Source: Myxococcaceae bacterium (GTDB taxonomy: Bacteria; Myxococcota; Myxococcia; Myxococcales; Myxococcaceae). Taken from it: a stretch of DNA of 40,638 nt. A model generated the notes under the pieces. The model ran no database searches. It had not been told where the DNA came from and saw nothing but the letters and a program-made list of their open reading frames with translations. A program made the translations under genes and the position numbers. This document shows positions 6,834 through 17,906 of the stretch, piece by piece. The stretch's first letter is position 1. Each line of letters begins with the position of its first letter. The DNA lies in assembly GCA_019686135.1 (NCBI GenBank), contig JADGHL010000037.1, positions 1 through 40,638 of the forward strand, given 5' to 3'.

Positions 6834-8972
6834 TCACTGCGGAATCCACAGCCCCGCGCTCTGCGCCGGCAACGGCAGGGTCAGCATCCCTTCGTGGATG
6901 GTGGCGCTGCGGCCGCTCACCACGTCCGTCAGCACCAGCCCGTCGGCACCCTTGAGCCGCCCGCGCAAGGCCACGGTGCGGGCCTGTTCGCCGCCGCGGT
7001 GGATCGTCACCACCGCGCCATCGTCGCTTGCCGCGTCGTCCCGCTCGAGGATCAGCGTGTCCGCCTCTGCCACCAGCGTGTAGCGCGCGCCGAAGCGCAG
7101 CCCACGGTTGTGCCGCCGCGCCTGCCCCACCTTCTTCACGTGCTCCAGCAGTTGGGCCTCGGGCGCGCTCAACGCCGCGCCGAAGCGCATCATCCGCCGG
7201 TTGTCCGGATCGCCCGCGCCGGGCAGGCCGATCTCGTCGCCGTAATACAGCAGCGGCACGCCGGGCAGCGTGAGCGCAAACGTGAGCGCGTCCCGCGCGC
7301 GGGCGAACGCGCCATCGTCGGTGACACTTCCGGGAGGCCGGTTCGCGCTCCACGCCTGCGCGCCGGCGTCCCCGTCGATCTGGTTGGCCGCGATGGAGAT
7401 GAACCGCGGCACGTCGTGGTTGCCGATGAAGGGGGAGTTCAGCGTCACCGGCGGATAGGCCGCGTCGTTCGCCTCCAACGCGTCGGCGATCGCCGTCAGG
7501 GGACCGCCCTTCGCGAACGCGTCGATGATCGACCAGTACAGCGGGAAGTCGAACTGCCCATCCAGCTCGTTGGGTCCCAGGTACTGAGCGATCTGCGCCC
7601 GCCCGTCGGTGCCGGTGAACGTCTCGCCGACGAGGTACCAGGCGATCCCGGTCCGTTGGCTGATCTCGTGCAGCCGCCCGGCGATGGTTCGGCCGGCGAC
7701 GTGATCGACGTGCTTGACCGCGTCCAGCCGGAAGCCGTCCAGGTCCGCCGCTTCGATCCACCACAGCGCGTCTTCGGCGAGCTGCTCGCTGGCCTGGGCG
7801 TTGCGCCAGTTGAGGTCCGGCAGATACGGCGTGAACCAGCAGTCCAGCCGCCGCGCCTCCCAGTCGCACTGGCTCTCGCCGCACACGCAGCTGTTGCCGG
7901 TGTTGAACCACCCGTCCAGCCGGTGCGCTGCGAAGTACTCGTGCTCTTCATGGACGTGGTTGATGACCAGATCGGTGATCACCCGGATCCCGTGCGCGTG
8001 CGCCGCGCGCGTGAGCGCCCGGAGGTCCTCCAGCGTTCCGAAGCGCCGCTGCGGCTCGCGCGCCTTCGAGGGCCAGTACCCGTGATAGCCGGTGTACAGG
8101 TGGCCGCCGGTGCCCGGGAACGCGCCGTCCGGGTTCGCCTGCACCGGCGAAATCCAGATCGCCCGCACGCCGAGGTCGTCGAAGTAGCCCTCGTCGATCT
8201 TCTGGGTGATTCCGGCCCAGTCGCCGCCCTCGTAGTTCGCCTGCGGATCGACGTCGGGCACCGGAGCGTCGTTGGACGGATCGCCGTTGGCGAAGCGGTC
8301 CGTGAACGCGAAGTAGAGGATCGCCTCCTGCCAGTCGAACCGCTCGGCCTCCACCCAGAACGGGAGGTACAGCGGCCGGGCGGAGCGCCCCTCCCCGTCC
8401 TGCGCGGCGATCGTCAGCGTGTGCTTGCCTTCGGGAAGGCCTTCGAGGTGCAGCTCGAAGCGCCCGTGCGCGTCCGGAAAAAGGTCGCCACGCACCTGCC
8501 CGTCGAGGGTGACCGTGCTCCAACCGGCCTCTGGCGTCGCCCGCCGGTTCCCGTCGACGTACTGCGCGACCAGCCGCACCTCGCCTAGCGCCGGCTGGGT
8601 GAAGGACTCGAGCCTCAGCTCCGGAACGCTGCAGTCGACGACGCGCAGGAGCGAGTACTCCTCGTTGCCGACCCAGCGGCGATACGGGTTCGCCTCGTCC
8701 AGCACCCGCCCCCCGCCGACCTCCAGCGCATACGCGTAGTCGCGGGGCTCCAGCGTGGCGGTGAAGACGAAGGCGCCGTCCTGTTGCCGCACCATCGGGT
8801 CGCCGGAGAAGCCGTTCCATTCGCCCCGGATGAGCACGCCGTCCCCCGGCAGCGAAGCCGGGGGGACGAAGCGGACGGTGATCGAGCAGTCCCGCACCGG
8901 ATACGGGTACTCCGCCGGCGCCGGGCAGCCCGCGGCGCAGGCGGCGAAGACGAACAGCAGTGCGGGCCGCAT
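6834..8972 (-). CDS. Glycoside hydrolase family 13 (alpha-amylase family) lipoprotein with an N-terminal beta-sandwich domain
   Basis: GH13 conserved regions are present: DLVINHV (region I), GFRLDAVKHV (region II), YLVGETF (region III), FIGNHDVPR (region IV). The lipoprotein signal is MRPALLFVFAACAAGC. Start is placed at the internal ATG 8972. Confidence 0.8.
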   Translation of the reverse strand: MRPALLFVFAACAAGCPAPAEYPYPVRDCSITVRFVPPASLPGDGVLIRGEWNGFSGDPMVRQQDGAFVFTATLEPRDYAYALEVGGGRVLDEANPYRRWVGNEEYSLLRVVDCSVPELRLESFTQPALGEVRLVAQYVDGNRRATPEAGWSTVTLDGQVRGDLFPDAHGRFELHLEGLPEGKHTLTIAAQDGEGRSARPLYLPFWVEAERFDWQEAILYFAFTDRFANGDPSNDAPVPDVDPQANYEGGDWAGITQKIDEGYFDDLGVRAIWISPVQANPDGAFPGTGGHLYTGYHGYWPSKAREPQRRFGTLEDLRALTRAAHAHGIRVITDLVINHVHEEHEYFAAHRLDGWFNTGNSCVCGESQCDWEARRLDCWFTPYLPDLNWRNAQASEQLAEDALWWIEAADLDGFRLDAVKHVDHVAGRTIAGRLHEISQRTGIAWYLVGETFTGTDGRAQIAQYLGPNELDGQFDFPLYWSIIDAFAKGGPLTAIADALEANDAAYPPVTLNSPFIGNHDVPRFISIAANQIDGDAGAQAWSANRPPGSVTDDGAFARARDALTFALTLPGVPLLYYGDEIGLPGAGDPDNRRMMRFGAALSAPEAQLLEHVKKVGQARRHNRGLRFGARYTLVAEADTLILERDDAASDDGAVVTIHRGGEQARTVALRGRLKGADGLVLTDVVSGRSATIHEGMLTLPLPAQSAGLWIPQ

Positions 8973-8982
8973 CCGCCTCCGC

Positions 8983-11900
8983 CTACAGGCAGGCAACGTT
9001 GTAGACGGTGCAGCCCGTCCGCGACCCGGCTGCCGTGCTCGACGAGTAGCAGCCCCACGTGGTCCCCGAGACATTGGACTTCGTCGGGTCGTAGCCGCTG
9101 TTGGACGAGTTCACGAATCCGAACTGCTGGCCGAGGGTCGTGGGGATGGTCACCGTGTTGCCGTGCCACGAGTTGGTCCCGCAGCAGCTCGACCACGCGG
9201 CGTTCGAGACACCCACCAGGCACTGCCCAGCGAAGGCCGGCGAGAAGTTGATGAAATAGGAGATGGAGAAGTTGCAGGAGTTGGTCGCCCCGAGCGAGGC
9301 GATGGTGGAGGTGCCGTTCGAAGCGTGGCTCACCAGCTTGCGGCCGATCGCCGCGCACGAACTCTCCGCCACTGCCTGGGTGCAGTTGCCGCTGGTCCCG
9401 TTGCCGCAGGGCACGAACATCACCGGCAGCTGGTTCCCGGCGACGTCGAAGACGAACCCGGTGTTCGTGTTGCAGGTCACCTGGATGTTCGTCACCGGCC
9501 CGTTGTTGACGGTCCCCGAACCGTTCGTGACGTAGCAGACCAGGCCGGACGGCTGGGTCTGGACGGTTACCTGGTAGGTCGATCCGTTGGGCACCGGCGT
9601 CGGGAAGGTGAACGCACCGTTGCTGGAGATCGGCAGGGTCTCGCCGTTGTTGTTCTGGAGCACGAGGCCCGGTCCGGTCAGCCCGGTCACGGTGCCGCCG
9701 ATCGGATAGGGCGTGTTCACGCAGAAGACGGGAATCGTCTGGTCGCCGAGGCCCATGATCCCCGTCGGCGAGCTGACCGTGCACACCTGATCCGGCGACG
9801 TGGGCTGCGTGAGCACGGTCACGTTGTACGTGCTCCCGCTGGGGACCATGGTGGGGAAGGTGTAGATGCCGTCGGCCGGGATCGCGAGGTTGTCCCCGCC
9901 GTTGTTCTGCAGGACCAGACCGGTGCCGGTCAGCCCGCTCACCGACACCTTCAGATTGAAGGGCTGCGCCGTGCAGTTGACCTCCACCGAGGTGACGTTC
10001 GCCCCCGCCATGGTGCCCGAGCCGTTGGTGATGCCGCAGAACTGCGTGGGCGAGGTCGGGTGCGTCTTCACAGTCACGAGGTACGGCGATCCGCTGGGGA
10101 CAGGCTGCGGGAAGGCGAAGGTGCCGTTGCCGGAGATCGGCAGGTCGTCCCCGCCGTTGTTCTGCAGCACGAGCCCGCTACCGGAGAGGCCCACCACCGT
10201 GCCGCCCACCGTGTACTGATTGATGGTGCAGTTCACGGTGATGCTCTTCACGTTGGTCGCGCCCACCGTCCCGGTGCCCCCGCTCACCGTGCACTGCTGC
10301 CACGGATTGGTGGGCTGGGTCTTCACCGTGACCGAATAGGTTTGCCCGCTCGCAAGACGCGTGGGGAAGGTGAACGGCTGGCTCCCGGTGCCGACCACGG
10401 TCACGTCATCCCCGAGGTTGTTCTGCAGCACCAGCCCGGAGCCCGCCAGGCCCACCACCATCCCGCCCACCGTATAGGTGTTGGTGACGCAGGTGACCTG
10501 GACGTCGGTGACGTTGGCGTTGGTGACCGTGCCGAAGCCGTTGGTCACGGTGCACGTCTGCGACGGGGAGATCGGCTGGGTGAGGACGGTCACCCAGTAG
10601 TTGCTGCCGCTATCGACCTGCGCGCTGAAGGAGAAGCTGCCGTTCGCGTTGAGGGTGAGGTTGTTCCCGCCGTTGTTCTGCAGCACCACCGTCCCGGCGA
10701 GGCCGCTGATGGTCCCACCCACCGAGTACTTGTTGGTCGTGCAGGACACCAGAACGCTGGTGACGTTTCCGGAGCCCACCGTCCCCGCCCCGTTCGTCAC
10801 CACGCAGGTCTGCGACGGCGCGAAGGGCTGAGTGGCCACGGTCACGCTGTAGGGCTGGCCGCTGATGATCGGCGTCGGGAAGGTGAAACCGCCGTTGGCG
10901 CTGATCGGCAGATCGTCCCCACCGTTGTTGCGCAGGACCATGCCGCTGCCCACCAGCCCGGTCACGGTCCCGCCCACGGTGTAGGTCGGCGCGGTACAGC
11001 TGACCGTGACGTTGGTCACGTCCGCGCCGCCCACGACACCGGTCCCTGACGCCACCGCGCAGATCTGCGCGGGGCTGGTGGGCTGGACAGCGACCACCAC
11101 CTCATACGGCGTCCCGCTCAACAGCGGCGTGGGGAACGCGAAGCTGCCGTTGGCGTTGATCGGAAGCGGCGCGCCGCCGTTGAGCGCGAGCATGAGGCCG
11201 GAGCCCTGCAGCCCGGTGACGGTTCCGCCAATCGTGTAGCTGTTGGTCGAGCAGTTCACCGCGACGGAGGTCACGTCCCCGCCCTGCACGGTCCCAGTGC
11301 CGCCGGTCACGGTGCAGGTCTGCGAAGGGTTGGTGGGGTTCGCGCTCACGGTCACCGCGAAGGTGCCGCCGCTCGGAACCGGGGTGGCGAAGGTGAACAC
11401 GCCGTTCCCGGTGATGGTGAGGTCGTCCCCACCGTTGTTCTGGAGCACCAGCCCCGATCCCTGAAGCCCGCTGACGGTCCCGCCCACGCGGAACGTGTTG
11501 GTGACGCAGGTCACCTGCACGTCGGTGACGCCCGAGCTCCCCATGATGCCGCTGCCGTTCGTGACGGTGCAGGTCTGTGACGGCGCGCTCGGCTGCGTCA
11601 GGACGGTCACGCTGTAAGGCTGCCCGCTGGGGACCTTCTTGCTGAAAGTGAATGGGCCGTCCGCGGTGATGGGCAGGTTGTCGCCGAGGTTGTTCTGCAG
11701 CACGAGGCCGCTGCCGAGCAGCCCGGTGACGGTGCCGCCCACCGGCAGCCCGTTGGTCTCGCAGGTCACCACCACCGAGGTGACGTTCCCGTTGGCCACC
11801 GTCCCTTCGCCGTTGGACACGGTGCAGGTCTGCGCGGGGCCGACCGGCTGCGACTTCACGGTCACCGAGAACGCATCGCCGCTCCGGACCGGCGTGGGGA

Positions 11901-12609
11901 AGGCGAACGCGCCGTTGGCGTTGATGGCGATGGCGTCGGCGTGGTTGTTCTCGAGCACCAGCCCCGTGCCGGCGAGCCCGCTCACCGTCCCGCCCACGAC
12001 GAAGGAAAGCGTGCTGCAGTTGACCGAGACCGTATTCACCTCCCCCGCAACGACGGTCCCCGAGCCGCCGATCACTTCGCAGGTCTGGCTGGGCGATGTG
12101 GGCTGCTCGAGCACGGTCACGGTGAACGCGTCACCGGGCTTCACCTCGACGGGGAACTCGAAGGGACCGTTCTGGGTCACCTCGAGATCGTTGGCGCCGT
12201 TGAGCTGAAGGACGAGGCCGGATCCCTCCAGGCCCATCACCGTGCCGCCCACGTGCAAAGCGTCGGTGGTGCACGCGACGGAAATGTCGGTCACGTCCGC
12301 CGAGACCACCGTGGTCGGCTGCGTCACCACGCAGGTCTGCGCGGGCGAGGTCGGCTGCTCTTTGACGGTCACGGCGATCGACGCGTTCTTCGCCACCTTC
12401 GTGGCGAACGTGAACGGGCCATCCGCGGTCACCGCGAGATCGCTCCCGCCGTTGAGCTGGAGGATCAGCCCCTGTCCCTGCAGCCCGGTGACCGTCCCTC
12501 CGACGGAGAACTCCGGGTTCTCCTCCGGCGGCGGAGGGGTGCAGGACGAACAGGCTGCGAAACCGAAAACGAGCGACGCAGCGATCGCGGGCAGGAATCG
12601 ACGGAACAT
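8983..12609 (-). CDS. Large (1208 aa) lipoprotein with 12 tandem ~85-aa Ig-like (two-Cys) repeats and a Cys-rich C-terminal domain
   Basis: The lipoprotein signal is MFRRFLPAIAASLVFGFAAC. The repeat consensus is GGTVTGLxGSGLVLQNNGGDDLxIxxNGxFTFPTxVxSGxxYxVTVxTQPTSPSQTCTVTNGSGTxxxxNVTxVxVxCxT, occurring 12 times. A ~160-aa C-terminal domain carries about 14 Cys. A strong GGAGG RBS precedes the gene. The plus-strand ORFs across it are Arg/Gly/His-rich antisense artefacts. Confidence 0.75.
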   Translation of the reverse strand: MFRRFLPAIAASLVFGFAACSSCTPPPPEENPEFSVGGTVTGLQGQGLILQLNGGSDLAVTADGPFTFATKVAKNASIAVTVKEQPTSPAQTCVVTQPTTVVSADVTDISVACTTDALHVGGTVMGLEGSGLVLQLNGANDLEVTQNGPFEFPVEVKPGDAFTVTVLEQPTSPSQTCEVIGGSGTVVAGEVNTVSVNCSTLSFVVGGTVSGLAGTGLVLENNHADAIAINANGAFAFPTPVRSGDAFSVTVKSQPVGPAQTCTVSNGEGTVANGNVTSVVVTCETNGLPVGGTVTGLLGSGLVLQNNLGDNLPITADGPFTFSKKVPSGQPYSVTVLTQPSAPSQTCTVTNGSGIMGSSGVTDVQVTCVTNTFRVGGTVSGLQGSGLVLQNNGGDDLTITGNGVFTFATPVPSGGTFAVTVSANPTNPSQTCTVTGGTGTVQGGDVTSVAVNCSTNSYTIGGTVTGLQGSGLMLALNGGAPLPINANGSFAFPTPLLSGTPYEVVVAVQPTSPAQICAVASGTGVVGGADVTNVTVSCTAPTYTVGGTVTGLVGSGMVLRNNGGDDLPISANGGFTFPTPIISGQPYSVTVATQPFAPSQTCVVTNGAGTVGSGNVTSVLVSCTTNKYSVGGTISGLAGTVVLQNNGGNNLTLNANGSFSFSAQVDSGSNYWVTVLTQPISPSQTCTVTNGFGTVTNANVTDVQVTCVTNTYTVGGMVVGLAGSGLVLQNNLGDDVTVVGTGSQPFTFPTRLASGQTYSVTVKTQPTNPWQQCTVSGGTGTVGATNVKSITVNCTINQYTVGGTVVGLSGSGLVLQNNGGDDLPISGNGTFAFPQPVPSGSPYLVTVKTHPTSPTQFCGITNGSGTMAGANVTSVEVNCTAQPFNLKVSVSGLTGTGLVLQNNGGDNLAIPADGIYTFPTMVPSGSTYNVTVLTQPTSPDQVCTVSSPTGIMGLGDQTIPVFCVNTPYPIGGTVTGLTGPGLVLQNNNGETLPISSNGAFTFPTPVPNGSTYQVTVQTQPSGLVCYVTNGSGTVNNGPVTNIQVTCNTNTGFVFDVAGNQLPVMFVPCGNGTSGNCTQAVAESSCAAIGRKLVSHASNGTSTIASLGATNSCNFSISYFINFSPAFAGQCLVGVSNAAWSSCCGTNSWHGNTVTIPTTLGQQFGFVNSSNSGYDPTKSNVSGTTWGCYSSSTAAGSRTGCTVYNVACL
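9460..12500 (-). repeat. Tandem ~255-bp coding repeats (12 copies) inside the large lipoprotein gene
   Basis: The protein-level periodicity of ~85 aa implies DNA tandem repeats of ~255 bp. Conserved nucleotide stretches support this, including gttgttctgcagcac, ccggtcac and ggtgccgcccac. Boundaries are approximate. Confidence 0.6.
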
Positions 12610-12679
12610 GGGGGAGCCTCCGGAGGTCACCCGCCTGTGGGGCGGACGGGCACCTTAGACCACCGAGCCCCGCGTTCAT

Positions 12680-13972
12680 TCAAGGGCGAGCCACACTCTC
12701 CGGACTTCCGGTCGATGCGGGACCACGACTGCGATCGTCCTGCACGATCCTCACCGGGTAGGCGGCGCCGTGACGGTCGAGGTGACGCTCCACGAGCTCG
12801 AGGCCCATCCGCTGTGGCCCCCGGTCGTCCGGCGCGCGCACGTCGATCGCCTGCCCCTTCCGGTGGACCACCACGCGACGGCCGAAGTCCGCGGCGAGCT
12901 CCCACCATCGCGCCGACCCGCCCTGCTCTGCGCCGCCGGCGCGGCGGGGCGACGTCAGGTGGATCTCCTCCCAGGGGCCGGTCTGCTCGAGGAACGCCTC
13001 CAGCCGGTCGAGGTCGTCGTCGCCATCGCCCTTCAGCCAGAACGGCACCGCGCCCGCGCGCAGCACCTGTCGCGGGTGCACATCGACGAAGGAGCCGACC
13101 GCCAGCGGCCGTTGGCCCAATCCCGCCTCCTGGTACCACTGCGCGTACAGCGCGGCGACCAGCGGGGAGAGATCGTCCGGTTCGTCGAAGAGGATCCGCG
13201 CCAGCTTGAAACCGTGCTCGCGCGCGAACGCATCGAGGTCATCCCGCAAGCCCGGGTCGAAGCCCCACAGTGCCTCTGGCGCCAGCTCGGCGGGTCCGGG
13301 CGGCCGCCATTCGCCGAGCAGGTCCGCGCGGTCGCTCCCCTCGTCGTCCGGGTCGCCCTGAGACTGCTCTCCGAGCGCGCCGAGCTGGAAGAGGTGCCGT
13401 GGGCCCACGCGGATCATCGGCCACGCGCGGCGGCACTCGATCACGAAGATGGTCCCGCCCGGCGCGAGCGCCTCCCGCAGGAACGCCGCGTACGCCTCGC
13501 CCAGGCGGATCCGGTTGAGGTGGAAGGACACGGCGCGCGTGCGCTCCCCTTCCGCCGGATCGTGCACCTGGTACAGGCGCCACTCCGGGTTCGGTTCCAG
13601 AACGCAGCGCCCCCACTCCGCTCCGAACGCGATGGCGTCCTTCGGGGTGCCCGGGCGCGCAGCGACGGGCAGAAGCACTGTCTGCGGAAGCCACGGAATC
13701 CGGAGCGCCGCGCACAGGTGCACGAGCGCGCCGGACGCCGAGCCGATCGCCACCGCGCGATGGCGCCCGGGCGGGTACAGCCCGGCCGACCACCGGGCGA
13801 TCGCCTCGGCGCGCACCCGCCGCAGCGCTCGCGGCGCAACGCGCTTGGGCGCTCGGCGCGCCTGCACCCAGGGCGGCGGAGGGAGCCGCGCCGGTTCCGT
13901 CCATGCGTGCGCGGTGGCGCGGAGGAAAGCGGTGGACACGTCCACGTCACACAGAAGGCGCCGCACCCTCAT
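12680..13972 (-). CDS. Hypothetical protein (~430 aa), divergent from glgE
   Basis: The composition is protein-like, with many Trp, Phe and Asp (GTIFVIECRRAWPMIRVGPRHLFQLGALGE, WLKGDGDDDLDRLEAFLEQTGPWEE). The overlapping plus-strand ORF shares codon boundaries but is Arg-rich and garbage-like. The start is uncertain, with candidates at 13972 (MRVRRLL) and 14134. Confidence 0.45.
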   Translation of the reverse strand: MRVRRLLCDVDVSTAFLRATAHAWTEPARLPPPPWVQARRAPKRVAPRALRRVRAEAIARWSAGLYPPGRHRAVAIGSASGALVHLCAALRIPWLPQTVLLPVAARPGTPKDAIAFGAEWGRCVLEPNPEWRLYQVHDPAEGERTRAVSFHLNRIRLGEAYAAFLREALAPGGTIFVIECRRAWPMIRVGPRHLFQLGALGEQSQGDPDDEGSDRADLLGEWRPPGPAELAPEALWGFDPGLRDDLDAFAREHGFKLARILFDEPDDLSPLVAALYAQWYQEAGLGQRPLAVGSFVDVHPRQVLRAGAVPFWLKGDGDDDLDRLEAFLEQTGPWEEIHLTSPRRAGGAEQGGSARWWELAADFGRRVVVHRKGQAIDVRAPDDRGPQRMGLELVERHLDRHGAAYPVRIVQDDRSRGPASTGSPESVARP

Positions 13973-14148
13973 CTCCGGCTCCGCGAATCGCTGCGCCCGG
14001 CCATGCGCATCCCCTTCGGGAGAACGTAGCGATCGCCCCGGATCGGGAACCCGGAGCCACCCAGCGCCAGGCCGCCCGACAACCGGACGTTGGAGGTGGG
14101 CTCCGGGCGTGCTGCGTCGCCTCTGCGTGATCAACGTGTCCGCGGGCC

Positions 14149-16152
<2,004 letters not shown>

Positions 16153-16181
16153 GACGACCCGTGGCGTACGACACTCGCTCC

Positions 16182-17906
16182 ATGAGCACGCAGCAGATCG
16201 CCGCCGCCACGCCCGATGTCGCCCAGACCTCCGGGGACGTCCGCGGCGAATCCGCACCTGCGGATCCGCTCTGGTACAAGCGCTCGATCATCTACGAGCT
16301 GCACATCCGCGCGTTCCACGACTCGAACGCGGATGGGATCGGCGACATCCCGGGGTTGATCGAGAAGCTGCCGTACCTGCAGGACCTCGGCGTCGACGTG
16401 CTGTGGCTGTTGCCGATGTACCCGTCTCCGCTGCGCGATGACGGCTACGACATCGCGGACTACTACAACATCCACCCCGACTACGGGACGCTCAAGGACT
16501 TCGAGCGGCTGGTGAACGAGACCCACCGCCGGGGGATGCGCATCCTCACCGAGCTGGTGATCAACCACACCAGCGACCAGCACCCGTGGTTCCAGGAGTC
16601 GCGGCGCGATCCGCGCTCGCCCAGGCGCGACTGGTACGTCTGGAGCGACACCGACGAGAGGTACAAGGGCGCGCGGATCATCTTCCTCGACACCGAGAAG
16701 TCGAACTGGACGTGGGATCCGCTGGCCAAGCAGTACTACTGGCACCGCTTCTTCTCGCACCAGCCGGACCTCAACTACGACAACCCCGAGGTCCAGGAGG
16801 CGATGCTGGACGTGATGCGCTTCTGGGCCCGGATGGGGGTGGACGGGTTCCGGTGCGACGCGGTGCCGTACCTCTTCGAGCGCGAGGGCACCAACTGCGA
16901 GAATCTCCCGGAGACGCACGCGTACCTCAAGCGGCTGCGCGCCACGCTGGACCGGGAGTTCCCCGGGCACCTCCTTCTGGCGGAAGCGAACCAGTGGCCG
17001 GCGGACGTGCGCGTCTACTTCGGCGAAGGCGACGAGTTCCACATGGGCTTCCACTTCCCGGTGATGCCCCGCCTGTTCATGGCGCTGCGCCGCGAGGAGC
17101 GGACGCCGATCGTCGAGATCCTCCAGCAGACGCCGATGATCCCCGAGACCTGCCAGTGGGCGATCTTTTTGCGCAACCACGATGAGCTGACCCTGGAGAT
17201 GGTCACCGACGAGGAGCGCGACTACATGTACCGGGAGTACGCGGCGGATGCGCGCATGCGGCTCAACCTGGGGATCCGCCGCCGCCTCGCCCCGCTGATG
17301 GACAACGGCCGCCGGCGGATCGAGCTGATGCACGGGCTGTTGTTCTCCCTGCCCGGCACCCCGGTCATGTACTACGGCGACGAGATCGGGATGGGGGACA
17401 ACATCTACCTGGGCGATCGCAACGGCGTCCGCACCCCCATGCAGTGGACCTCCGATCGCAACGCCGGGTTCTCCCGCGCGGACAGCGCCCGCCTGTACGC
17501 GCCGCTCATCGCCGATCCGGTCTACGGCTACCAGGCAATCAACGTGGAGGCCCAGGAGCGCACGCGGACCTCGCTGTTGCAGTGGGTCAAGGAGCTCATC
17601 CGTTCGCGCCAGCAGTACCCCGCGTTCGCGCTGGGCGATCTCAAGTGGGTCCTGCCGTCCAACGAGCGGGTGCTCGCGTTCATCCGCCAGTGGCGGGACC
17701 AGATCCTGCTGGTCGTCTGCAACCTCTCCCGCCATGCCCAGCCGGCGGAGATCGATCTGTCCGAATGGAGAGGGTTCACCCCGGTCGAATTGTCCGGAGA
17801 GACGCCCTTCCCGAAGATTGGCGATGTGCCCTACCAGCTCTCGCTGGGGCCCTACATGTTCCTCTGGTTCCGGCTCGAGCGGCCGATCCATCCGGTGAGC
17901 CCATGA
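16182..17906 (+). CDS. treS: Trehalose synthase (maltose alpha-D-glucosyltransferase), unfused form
   Basis: The product opens [53 protein letters not shown] and carries GH13 regions ([41 protein letters not shown]). The track ORF includes upstream antisense-frame read-through; the true ATG is at 16182. It ends in an ATGA overlap with mak. Confidence 0.85.
   Translation: MSTQQIAAATPDVAQTSGDVRGESAPADPLWYKRSIIYELHIRAFHDSNADGIGDIPGLIEKLPYLQDLGVDVLWLLPMYPSPLRDDGYDIADYYNIHPDYGTLKDFERLVNETHRRGMRILTELVINHTSDQHPWFQESRRDPRSPRRDWYVWSDTDERYKGARIIFLDTEKSNWTWDPLAKQYYWHRFFSHQPDLNYDNPEVQEAMLDVMRFWARMGVDGFRCDAVPYLFEREGTNCENLPETHAYLKRLRATLDREFPGHLLLAEANQWPADVRVYFGEGDEFHMGFHFPVMPRLFMALRREERTPIVEILQQTPMIPETCQWAIFLRNHDELTLEMVTDEERDYMYREYAADARMRLNLGIRRRLAPLMDNGRRRIELMHGLLFSLPGTPVMYYGDEIGMGDNIYLGDRNGVRTPMQWTSDRNAGFSRADSARLYAPLIADPVYGYQAINVEAQERTRTSLLQWVKELIRSRQQYPAFALGDLKWVLPSNERVLAFIRQWRDQILLVVCNLSRHAQPAEIDLSEWRGFTPVELSGETPFPKIGDVPYQLSLGPYMFLWFRLERPIHPVSP

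Noticed and set aside
6894-8588. 564-aa plus-strand ORF over the amylase gene
   Set aside because: Its translation is Arg/Val/Pro-rich and antisense. The minus strand carries all four GH13 conserved regions.
8755-11049. 764-aa plus-strand ORF, and several other plus-strand ORFs, over the repeat-lipoprotein gene
   Set aside because: Their composition is Arg/Gly/His/Asp-rich and garbage-like. The minus strand encodes 12 clean domain repeats with a lipoprotein signal and a strong RBS.
9460-12500. Possibility that the ~255-bp tandem array is a CRISPR or non-coding satellite
   Set aside because: The units are far too long. They lie in one continuous reading frame, with conserved amino-acid rather than nucleotide identity. 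The array is a coding domain repeat.
12770-14029. 419-aa plus-strand ORF antisense to the hypothetical at 12680-13972
   Set aside because: It shares codon boundaries with the minus ORF, so GC3 is uninformative. It is extremely Arg-rich (RRADRHRAMAPGRVQPGRPPGDR...) and has a GTG start. The minus product has a balanced, Trp-containing, protein-like composition. A residual doubt is noted in the findings.
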